Source: an uncultured virus (IMG/VR IMGVR_UViG_3300030109_002855) | Lineage: Duplodnaviria; Heunggongvirae; Uroviricota; Caudoviricetes | Direction: 5' to 3' (one strand) | DNA: 20,000 nt | Virus record (IMG/VR): IMGVR_UViG_3300030109_002855 | Span: 51,555 to 71,554 of that record | In this document: positions 1 through 6,617 of the stretch, piece after piece | Position numbering within the stretch: position 1 is the stretch's first letter | Layout: each line of letters begins with the position of its first letter | The notes under the pieces: model-generated | What the model was told of the DNA's origin: nothing | Databases searched by the model: none | What the model saw: the letters and a program-made list of their open reading frames with translations, nothing else | Made by a program: the position numbers and the translations under genes

Positions 1-228
1 ACTATGGTTTGTTGCCATTGTGGTAATGCAGAAGCAGTAGGTCACATAATGGCTGGTACATTAACAAAACACATGGTTGCTTTCTTACTCAAGGCTAATT
101 CAAGTGGATTAACTGATTGGGAATGGCACGTTATGATAACATTACTTCGTAGAGGTTCAATGTTAGGTTATGCACATCAAGGAGATATGCTTAGGAAAAA
201 AATGATTAAAAAAATGGAGGAAGAGTAA
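1..228 (+). CDS. Hypothetical protein, probably 5'-truncated; CxxC (CCHC) near the window edge
   Basis: Frame is open from base 1 to TAA at 226-228, directly abutting the next ATG at 229; the SD (GGAGG 216-220) of the next gene lies in its 3' end. Confidence 0.65.
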   Translation, partial: TMVCCHCGNAEAVGHIMAGTLTKHMVAFLLKANSSGLTDWEWHVMITLLRRGSMLGYAHQGDMLRKKMIKKMEEE

Positions 229-426
229 ATGAATAAAACATATTTTACAATAGCATTTAGATATACAACAGATAGTAATGACCCCTGTAATCCACCGCCT
301 CATTTTGAAGAAAGATTAGCAATGGTTATGAGTATTTTACATGAGAAAGGATTTGCTATGGATGTAATTTACGGTCAGGCTACTGATAAAACATTCACTA
401 AATTAGATGAGGAGATGCACAAATGA
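229..426 (+). CDS. Hypothetical protein (65 aa)
   Basis: GGAGG at 216-220; ATGA overlap with the next gene at 423-426. Confidence 0.75.
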   Translation: MNKTYFTIAFRYTTDSNDPCNPPPHFEERLAMVMSILHEKGFAMDVIYGQATDKTFTKLDEEMHK

Positions 427-803
427 AAATGCAAGATAGAGTGGAACAAATATTAAGTTCTAAGAATTGGACTTTTGCAGATTTGACTAACATGAGTCAA
501 TTGGTAAAAGATTTTTCAGAAGATATATATGGTCAATTAGATGCTAAAGAAAAACTAACTATTGTATGGGAAAAAGACATAACTGATATACAATCGTTTG
601 GAAGTTTTTTTCAGAACCTAGTAATAGAAGAAATACAAATACAAGTAGCAAGTACATTGCAAGAACAATTACTTAAAGCAAATGTAAACTTTAGTAATAA
701 TAAAAATAAGGAGGAAATTGGAAATGAAATACCCGAAGGAAGTATGGGCGGGAAGCCATCTGAAAAACGCAAGACAGATGAAGCGGCACATAGTGAAGAA
801 TAA
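423..803 (+). CDS. Hypothetical protein (126 aa, helical, with a low-complexity C-terminal tail overlapping the primase gene)
   Basis: GAGGAG SD at 409-414; ATGA coupling with the upstream gene. Confidence 0.75.
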   Translation: MKMQDRVEQILSSKNWTFADLTNMSQLVKDFSEDIYGQLDAKEKLTIVWEKDITDIQSFGSFFQNLVIEEIQIQVASTLQEQLLKANVNFSNNKNKEEIGNEIPEGSMGGKPSEKRKTDEAAHSEE

Positions 804-1752
804 AAATGAAATGATAGAGTGGATTAATCAGTATAATGGTAAGATGAATTGCTATTATACTATCTACGATTTTACGTTCTTTTCTGAAAAGGAAAAGATA
901 GAATCTTCTGTAATCAAAGATAGAGCATTTTTAGATTTAGATGCTCATGGAGATATGCCCCTCAGTAGAGCATACTTCGATTTACAACTCTTAGCAAGAA
1001 AGTTTTTAAAACAAGATATATTATTTCAAATGTATTTTAGTGGTAAAGGGTTTCATGTTATTGTACACGGTGAGATTGCTAATGATATAAGACAAATCCA
1101 ATCTTGGTATAGACAAACTAAGAATCATGATGGATTTGTTTTAGAGTCTTTAGATGATAGCGGAATACAAACTAACAGATTAAGGAGAATACCAAATACA
1201 GTTAACTTGAGTAGTAGTGATGAGAATGGTGAGCCGTATTTCTGTATTCCTATCTTAAAAGAGGATTTAGATAGACCGTTAGAGTATATTACTGAATTAG
1301 CAAAAAAGCCTAGATACATCCAAAGTAAATACGGACACAAACTAACAAAGTGGCCTGATGTTAAACCATTTGAAATGTCCGATATAGAAGTTGAAGCAGT
1401 TAGACCAATTGGTAATTTACCAATATTACCTTGTTTACACAATGCTATAATGGTTCAAAATCCGGGGCATTACGCTAGAGTATATCTAGTTCAATGGTAT
1501 AGGGACATACTAACTATGGGAAATAAGAATCTTTCTTTAGATGATAAAAAAAGAGTAGCGAAAACTATTATGGATGAACTAACTAAAATAGCAGAAAAAG
1601 ATGATATATGGTTAGATTGGAATGCTAATAAGACTAAAAACTATGTATGGGGTATAGTAAATAAAGGGTACAATGCACCTAGTTGTTATAATGTACTAAT
1701 CCCTGACGGTTATTGTATCGGCAAATGTTGGAGGTATCACGATGTCAACTGA
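724..1752 (+). CDS. priS: Archaeo-eukaryotic DNA primase: PriS catalytic domain fused to a PriL-like C-terminal Fe-S domain
   Basis: AEP motif I FLDLDAH, motif II FSGKGFH, motif III region DDSG..NRLRRIPNTVN. The C-terminus LPC..GHYARVYLV..GY.APSC..GYCIGKC has four Cys as in the PriL CTD. Start moved to ATG 724 because GGAGG is at 710-714. Confidence 0.92.
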   Translation: MKYPKEVWAGSHLKNARQMKRHIVKNKNEMIEWINQYNGKMNCYYTIYDFTFFSEKEKIESSVIKDRAFLDLDAHGDMPLSRAYFDLQLLARKFLKQDILFQMYFSGKGFHVIVHGEIANDIRQIQSWYRQTKNHDGFVLESLDDSGIQTNRLRRIPNTVNLSSSDENGEPYFCIPILKEDLDRPLEYITELAKKPRYIQSKYGHKLTKWPDVKPFEMSDIEVEAVRPIGNLPILPCLHNAIMVQNPGHYARVYLVQWYRDILTMGNKNLSLDDKKRVAKTIMDELTKIAEKDDIWLDWNANKTKNYVWGIVNKGYNAPSCYNVLIPDGYCIGKCWRYHDVN

Positions 1753-1864
1753 TGAAAGAATAAATAGAATATGGAAACTAGATGAAAATGGTGGAATATC
1801 AGAAGAGTATCTTAAGGAAATAAAAAAGATTCAGAAATCAATAGGTGCGGAGGAAGAGGAATGA
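1742..1864 (+). CDS. Small hypothetical protein (40 aa, MSTDERINRIWKLDENGG...GAEEEE), absent from the ORF track
   Basis: GGAGGT at 1730-1735 precedes ATG 1742; the ORF fills the primase-XPF gap exactly and ends in an ATGA overlap with the XPF start. Confidence 0.75.
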   Translation: MSTDERINRIWKLDENGGISEEYLKEIKKIQKSIGAEEEE

Positions 1865-2553
1865 AATTGATAATTGATAGTAGAGAAAATTCTTCTTTAA
1901 CTGAGTGTGTTGAAATAGAAGCACTTGGACTTAAGATTGATACTCAAAAAGAGTGGTTAGAAATAGGAGATTATGTCTTTGATGATGTTTGTTTTGAAGC
2001 AAAATCTTCATTTGATTTCTTACAGTCTGTAATAAATAAAAGAATTTGGAGTCAAATTGACAACATGGATAGGGCATTTGAAAATAATAATGTGATTATT
2101 TATGGAAGTCTTGACAAGGCTATCAAAGAATATCGTAAAAGAGTAACCGATGGTACTTATGGAAGACCTAGTTTTTTACATAACAAGTTCATGGGTGCAA
2201 TAGGTAAAATAATATTAGATACTGATTGTAATATTATATTAGTAGATAACGAAAAAATGGCGGCTAAAGTTATATGTGCTGTATGCAAAATGAAGCCAAT
2301 TGATAGGTCTGTATATCAGCCTAGAATAATAAAACAAAAGAAAATCAGCACAGCAGATTTGCGTATAGACGTATTGATGACTATAAAAGGTATCAGTGAA
2401 ACAAAAGCACAAATGTTAATTGATGAATATGGTTCAATAATGGAGATAGGTGAATCAACTATCAAAGAAATATCTATGATAGATGGTTTTGGTAGTACAT
2501 TAGCAAGAAGAGTAATAGACACTCTTAACTCTGAAGAAAAACAGGTGATATAA
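1861..2553 (+). CDS. xpf: XPF/ERCC4 (Hef/Mus81 family) structure-specific endonuclease with C-terminal (HhH)2
   Basis: IIDSRE start, LEIGDY..FEAKS..DF..S nuclease motif (GDxnERK variant), and two HhH motifs IKGISETKA and IDGFGSTLA; SD GGAGG upstream. Confidence 0.92.
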   Translation: MKLIIDSRENSSLTECVEIEALGLKIDTQKEWLEIGDYVFDDVCFEAKSSFDFLQSVINKRIWSQIDNMDRAFENNNVIIYGSLDKAIKEYRKRVTDGTYGRPSFLHNKFMGAIGKIILDTDCNIILVDNEKMAAKVICAVCKMKPIDRSVYQPRIIKQKKISTADLRIDVLMTIKGISETKAQMLIDEYGSIMEIGESTIKEISMIDGFGSTLARRVIDTLNSEEKQVI

Positions 2554-2555
2554 AA

Positions 2556-4028
2556 ATGGAAAATGTAAAGAATATGAAAATAGAAAATGAAGAAGATAGT
2601 GTGTATTATGGTTTTATTGAAGACGATAATATGGATAGGAGTGAAAGCCATAGGGTTAGATTACCTACGTTTATACAAGAATATGTAGCAAATGCAGTTC
2701 AAGTATCAAAGTATAATAATATCCCTGCTGCACTTACTGCATTTAATTTATTAGGACAATTATGTAAAGATAAGGTGGTGATAGTTAGAGGTCAAGGCAG
2801 AGAAGATACTAGAGTTCCAGTATTGTGGTTACAAACTTCAGGTACAGGTAAGTCTGAAATGTACAATTTCTATGGGCCTATATCTAGAAAAACCTTTGAG
2901 ATTTTAAATGAAAAGCATGGTACTAATTTTACTATTTTTGATGTAACAGAAACAACAGATGCAGCATTAATAGGTTCTATGAAACAAGAACAAGAAATTG
3001 TTGAAGATGAAGATGGTAATACTCGTACTGTCTATGTAGATGTTCAGACTAAAGGTGCATTTGAAGGAGATGGCCTTATTGTTTATGATGAGTTTGAGTA
3101 TTCAGGTGTCTTTAAACAGTCTCAACATAAAGAGAATATTATTTTATATTTGAATAAGTTGATGAACAGTATTCACGGTGAAAACTACATAATTAAAAAG
3201 AAATTAAAAGATGGTGATGAAAATATTATTTGTGATAGTAAGCGTTCTCCTTATGCTACTTCTTATATTCCTAAAGGGTTGACAACAGTTATTGCGGAAA
3301 AAGGAGTACTACAAAGAATGTTAATATTCATTTGGGAAGTACCACCTGAAATACAAGATGAAATAAGGAAATCAGTAATAATGGAAGTAGGTAAAGAAGT
3401 TAATAGGATTGCACCTGTTAACAAGTTTGCAAATGGGTTTGTTAAAATTTATGAAACTTTAGATGAAAGATTTAAAGAAGTAAATGAAAATCCTAAAGAA
3501 GTTGTTAGTATTTCGGAAGATTATACTGATGCATTAATGCGTGAATATGAAAACATGAAAGCATATGTGGCAGATAGTAGACCTGAAGTATTTGAAATTG
3601 CAAATAATTTTATCACTAGAATGAACAACCAAATAATTAGAATGTCAGTATTATGCTGTATAGCAGAAGCCCCAAGTATTAGTGATAAATCTAAAAGGTA
3701 TATTGTGAATAGTAACCACGTTTTACAAGCATCTTCATTAGTCCGTCAATGTTATAAGAGTCTCGTATCGTGGTTAGATGTAGCCCTAAAGGTGCAAAAG
3801 GAGACTCTGCAAGAAAGAGCCAATATCGGTGCGTTCAAAGAATCGTATTTAGAACTAAAAGATAGTGACGGTTGGGTAAATAAAACAATGCTACTAGCGG
3901 AAGTACGTGTAAAAACAAGAAAAGGTAGTAGCACAATTTACAAATGGTGGAGAAAAATTGAAGATAATTTTGAAGAGAACCGAGTGCATAAGAAAGTCTA
4001 CGTTAAACTAAAGGAGGAAAAGAAATGA
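2556..4028 (+). CDS. mcm: MCM-like AAA+ ATPase, putative replicative helicase
   Basis: Walker A QTSGTGKS, TDAALIGS (MCM S.xGLT-like), GAFEGDGLIVYDEF Walker B (cf. GAL..ADxGxxxIDEF), Arg-finger-like VLQRM, sensor-II-like FITRM, and a possible C-terminal winged helix. SD AGGTGA at 2543-2548. Confidence 0.75.
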   Translation: MENVKNMKIENEEDSVYYGFIEDDNMDRSESHRVRLPTFIQEYVANAVQVSKYNNIPAALTAFNLLGQLCKDKVVIVRGQGREDTRVPVLWLQTSGTGKSEMYNFYGPISRKTFEILNEKHGTNFTIFDVTETTDAALIGSMKQEQEIVEDEDGNTRTVYVDVQTKGAFEGDGLIVYDEFEYSGVFKQSQHKENIILYLNKLMNSIHGENYIIKKKLKDGDENIICDSKRSPYATSYIPKGLTTVIAEKGVLQRMLIFIWEVPPEIQDEIRKSVIMEVGKEVNRIAPVNKFANGFVKIYETLDERFKEVNENPKEVVSISEDYTDALMREYENMKAYVADSRPEVFEIANNFITRMNNQIIRMSVLCCIAEAPSISDKSKRYIVNSNHVLQASSLVRQCYKSLVSWLDVALKVQKETLQERANIGAFKESYLELKDSDGWVNKTMLLAEVRVKTRKGSSTIYKWWRKIEDNFEENRVHKKVYVKLKEEKK

Positions 4029-4303
4029 AAACAATGAAAGAAATAAAAGAATTTACCTTTGAGGATTTAGAACTATACTATTTCCTACAAAAGTCATTTA
4101 ATGAATTGAAAAAATTTGTTGATTTAATTAAAGGTAGAGATAAAGATAGTGAGGAGTATTTGTATGGTAGGTATTATTTAATGCCTCACAGCGAAAGAAA
4201 GGTTGTAGATGGTGTAATCAGTCGTGCTAAAAAATGTACTCATCATGACAATGTTTATGCAGCAATGTCCGTTCTAAGTGATGCGATACACTCAACGGAG
4301 TAA
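4025..4303 (+). CDS. Hypothetical protein (92 aa)
   Basis: AAGGAGG SD at about 4011-4017; ATGA overlap with the helicase stop. Confidence 0.75.
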   Translation: MKTMKEIKEFTFEDLELYYFLQKSFNELKKFVDLIKGRDKDSEEYLYGRYYLMPHSERKVVDGVISRAKKCTHHDNVYAAMSVLSDAIHSTE

Positions 4304-4313
4304 GTGAAAAACT

Positions 4314-4553
4314 ATGCGAAAATATGAAACCCAATACATTATATTTGATGTAAAGGATGGCCCTAAAACTATAACTGAGTCAATCAATACTCTAGGAAAA
4401 GAAGGTTGGTGGCCTAGTTCGATGCTACCTGTTGGAGGTAGTAAACTATGTCTTTGGCTTACAAAAGATATATCATCTAAATCTCCTGACCCCGCAGAAG
4501 CGGAAAAGAGTAGACTATCTGAATTATGGTCTGATATTACAGGTGATGATTGA
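4314..4553 (+). CDS. DUF4177-like small protein
   Basis: KYE...INTLGKEGW pattern matches the DUF4177 signature (YEY...LN.LG.EGW); TGATG overlap with the next gene. Confidence 0.7.
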   Translation: MRKYETQYIIFDVKDGPKTITESINTLGKEGWWPSSMLPVGGSKLCLWLTKDISSKSPDPAEAEKSRLSELWSDITGDD

Positions 4554-5146
4554 TGAGTGTTCTAGCATTAGACATAGAAACTAAAAACTTATCTCATGAA
4601 ATCGGTGGTTGGCATAATACTCATATGTTTAAAGTGTCAACAATTTGTACATGGGATGGAGATATAGGAACAATTTATATTGATAAAGCAGTAGATGATT
4701 TAAAAAAATCTAATGTACAAATTAAACCAATATCACAACTAAAGTTTGATTTAGATGACCATTTTGAAAAGGGTGGAACTTTATTAGGACACAATATTGT
4801 AGGATTTGATTTAAAAGTCTTAAAGGATGCTTTAGATATTTACTGCATTAAAAAATATTTAGATAATAAAGCATACATAGATACTAGTCTTTATCTTCAA
4901 AAAGAATATGGTGAAAGAATTAGATTAGATAATTTAGCACAAAATACATTAGGCTCGGAAAAACTAATGGATAGTGCTGATGCACCCGCAGTTTGGAAAG
5001 CAGGTAGATATTCGGAGGTTGCAGAATATTGTTTAAAGGATTGTGAGTTGGTGTATGACTTATGGAAGTATGGTCAAAAAGAAGGTGTAGTTAAATGTCT
5101 ATCCTTCAACAAAGAAGAAATAATTGATTTAAAAGTGAGGTGGTAA
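4553..5146 (+). CDS. Stand-alone DnaQ/DEDDy 3'-5' exonuclease (RNase H-like fold, YprB/PolB-exo-like)
   Basis: ExoI LALDIET, ExoII GHNIVGFDL, ExoIII YCLKD. SD AGGTGAT at 4541-4547 favours ATG 4553 over TTG 4550. Confidence 0.88.
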   Translation: MSVLALDIETKNLSHEIGGWHNTHMFKVSTICTWDGDIGTIYIDKAVDDLKKSNVQIKPISQLKFDLDDHFEKGGTLLGHNIVGFDLKVLKDALDIYCIKKYLDNKAYIDTSLYLQKEYGERIRLDNLAQNTLGSEKLMDSADAPAVWKAGRYSEVAEYCLKDCELVYDLWKYGQKEGVVKCLSFNKEEIIDLKVRW

Positions 5147-5148
5147 TT

Positions 5149-5304
5149 ATGGATACCGTAGAAATTATGGTATGGATTATCTTCGTCGTAATAATTTCTT
5201 TATTATTTTTCGCAGCATTTGGAAATTCTAAATATTCAGAATCTTCAATAGAAGAATATATGCAGAAATTAATTGACGAGGAAAAACGTAATGACTCTCC
5301 GTGA
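5149..5304 (+). CDS. Small single-pass membrane protein (51 aa, MDTVEIMVWIIFVVIISLLFFAAFGNSK...), absent from the ORF track
   Basis: GAGGTGG SD at 5137-5143; about 19 contiguous hydrophobic residues followed by an acidic helix. Confidence 0.85.
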   Translation: MDTVEIMVWIIFVVIISLLFFAAFGNSKYSESSIEEYMQKLIDEEKRNDSP

Positions 5305-5440
5305 GCAATGTTTCTTGTGTGGTGAATATACCATACCAAAAAGAATACATGGTATATACATCGGCTCTGCATCATCAATTAAAATTTGGGAATGTAGAGA
5401 ATGTAAAGCCTTGTGGTCGGAAAAAACTAAAATCGATTAG
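5291..5440 (+). CDS. Zinc-ribbon protein (49 aa; C-x2-C-x24-C-x2-C-x3-W, TFS/TFIIS-C-like spacing), absent from the ORF track
   Basis: Translation MTLREQCFLCGEYTIPKRIHGIYIGSASSIKIWECRECKALWSEKTKID; GAGGA SD at 5278-5282; overlaps the upstream gene by 14 nt. Confidence 0.85.
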   Translation: MTLREQCFLCGEYTIPKRIHGIYIGSASSIKIWECRECKALWSEKTKID

Positions 5441-5480
5441 TTTATCCGGCTGCTTGGCTATTTTTTTTTAATTTTTTTTT
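5407..5480 (+). terminator. Terminator of the replication operon: long imperfect hairpin followed by a double U-tract
   Basis: AGCC(5407-10)/GGCT(5456-59), GTGGTCGGA(5413-21)/TCCGGCTGC(5445-53) with three G-U pairs, AAACTAA(5424-30)/TTAGTTT(5437-43); then T9-AA-T9 at 5461-5480. Confidence 0.75.
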
Positions 5481-5495
5481 AAAATTTTAAACTTT

Positions 5496-5651
5496 TTAAT
5501 GAATATTTTTATTCTGTTCTAAACTTTCTCGATATAAAGTTTCTACAAGATAAATAATTTGAATACCCATAATAACAAAAAATGTATTTACATAATACAT
5601 AGACAATTCTATATCATATGGTTGAGATAAAATGTGTTCTAATGTTACCAT
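5496..5651 (-). CDS. Small predicted membrane protein (51 aa, MVTLEHILSQPYDIELSMYYVNTFFVIMGIQIIYLVETLYRESLEQNKNIH), last gene of the tail block; absent from the ORF track
   Basis: Open 52-codon frame in very AT-rich DNA, GGGGA SD-like motif 7 nt upstream (5659-5663), about 20-residue hydrophobic stretch, and stop just before the convergent terminator. Confidence 0.6.
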   Translation of the reverse strand: MVTLEHILSQPYDIELSMYYVNTFFVIMGIQIIYLVETLYRESLEQNKNIH

Positions 5652-5660
5652 ATAACTTTC

Positions 5661-5683
5661 CCCAGTGTAGTTCTAACACTAGG
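5661..5683 (-). promoter_or_regulatory. 8-bp RNA hairpin overlapping the SD of the 5496-5651 gene
   Basis: Minus strand CCUAGUGU-(UAGAACU)-ACACUGGG gives 7 Watson-Crick pairs plus one U-G; the 3' arm contains three of the four SD guanines. Confidence 0.45.
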
Positions 5684-5707
5684 TAGTTAATTTACATTGT
5701 GATTTTT

Positions 5708-6013
5708 TTAGCAATCTACACCGCTAGTAAAACCATCTTTGGTTTTTAAATCTTCATAACATTGTTTAATTATATTGTATTGAGTTTTAGTAGCAGATTC
5801 ACTCATCAAAAATCTACCATTGAAACCACCAACAGGAGATGCATTGTCAGCATATGCTTCTGCGTTTGCATATATTTTACCATTGTATTCAATAGGGAAT
5901 GTTTTATTTCCTTCTTCATCTACTTCTTTATTACATCTAGTATCGAATATCACACATATTGCATCCCTACATAATATCCCAAAGTTTGTATTATAATCAA
6001 TCTCTAAAGCCAT
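5708..6013 (-). CDS. Small tail-fibre-associated protein (101 aa; possible assembly/chaperone factor)
   Basis: Start reassigned to MALEIDY (GGAGA SD at 6021-6025). The MAL..NFGI...QCYEDLKT..F..GVDC pattern resembles small proteins commonly found after phage fibre genes; function is inferred from position. Confidence 0.7.
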   Translation of the reverse strand: MALEIDYNTNFGILCRDAICVIFDTRCNKEVDEEGNKTFPIEYNGKIYANAEAYADNASPVGGFNGRFLMSESATKTQYNIIKQCYEDLKTKDGFTSGVDC

Positions 6014-6045
6014 CTCAATTTCTCCGTGTTCTTTCTTTTTTATAA

Positions 6046-6609
6046 TTATTGGGGTTGGGGTATAGATTCCCAATTACCCATTGTTGTAACATAATCTCCA
6101 TATTTTTCATACATTAAGTCTTTGTATTGTCTTATGTTCATTGGGTTATCTACTAACCAAGTATCAAACCAACCATAATCCCAATGACTATCTTCGGGTA
6201 TTTCCCACGTTTCTATATCTGCTGTAATTAAAGTAAAGGTTTCATCTTTAGCACAATGTTCCCAAACTAAATCTATTACATCTTGACTGTTTTCTATTAT
6301 AGTTACAGATGTTACATTAGGATTATCAATTAATTTTTGATGCACCATTCCTATACCTAATCCACCTATCAATACATCTCCTGTTGCATTATCCCAAAGT
6401 TGTTGGTGTTCTCTATATTCAGCGTAAGAATCTTGCATTATAGGCCAAGGGCAACTTTCTTTGGTTAATACGGTATATTCTTCTGCGGTTTCATTCTTCA
6501 TCATCAAATATCTTTCCCAATTATAATCAGTAGTTTGACCGTTAAAATGTCTAATCGCAAAGTCTCCCGAAGTTCCTTCCGGTATTATTACACGTTGTCT
6601 TGTTGCCAT
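6046..6609 (-). CDS. Class I SAM-dependent methyltransferase (spermidine-synthase-like fold)
   Basis: Motif I DVLIGGLGIG, acidic end of beta-2 VTIIENSQDVI, ADIETW, and WDYGWFDTW. Start set at MATRQ (AGTGAT SD-like motif upstream). Confidence 0.82.
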   Translation of the reverse strand: MATRQRVIIPEGTSGDFAIRHFNGQTTDYNWERYLMMKNETAEEYTVLTKESCPWPIMQDSYAEYREHQQLWDNATGDVLIGGLGIGMVHQKLIDNPNVTSVTIIENSQDVIDLVWEHCAKDETFTLITADIETWEIPEDSHWDYGWFDTWLVDNPMNIRQYKDLMYEKYGDYVTTMGNWESIPQPQ

Positions 6610-6617
6610 ATTAATCA

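Noticed and set aside
1125..3934. Minus-strand ORFs 1125-1442, 2316-2651 and 3752-3934
   Set aside because: Antisense shadows of the primase, XPF and helicase genes; no SD or recognisable motifs.
4500..4535. PIP-box-like KSRLSELW at the DUF4177-like C-terminus (and IQSFGSFF in the 126-aa ORF)
   Set aside because: Neither matches Qxx[LIM]xx[FY][FYW] properly; too weak without conservation data.
5106..5378. 90-aa minus-strand ORF from the track
   Set aside because: Antisense to two better-supported + strand microgenes (5149-5304 and 5291-5440) that have SDs and clear TM or zinc motifs.
5521..5600. 7-bp inverted repeats AAACTTT/AAAGTTT (5521-5542) and ATGTATT/AATACAT (5582-5600) as an operator or replication origin
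   Set aside because: Short, AT-rich, plausible by chance and inside the probable 5496-5651 ORF; no iterated origin boxes seen.
6036..6045. Minus-strand TTATAAAAAA as an archaeal TATA box for the 5708-6013 gene
   Set aside because: Spacing is plausible, but there is no clear purine-rich BRE upstream and such words are common at this AT content.
6046..6609. Calling the methyltransferase speE (spermidine synthase) or a DNA MTase that explains the motif avoidance
   Set aside because: Lacks the GGGDG aminopropyltransferase signature and DNA MTase catalytic motifs.
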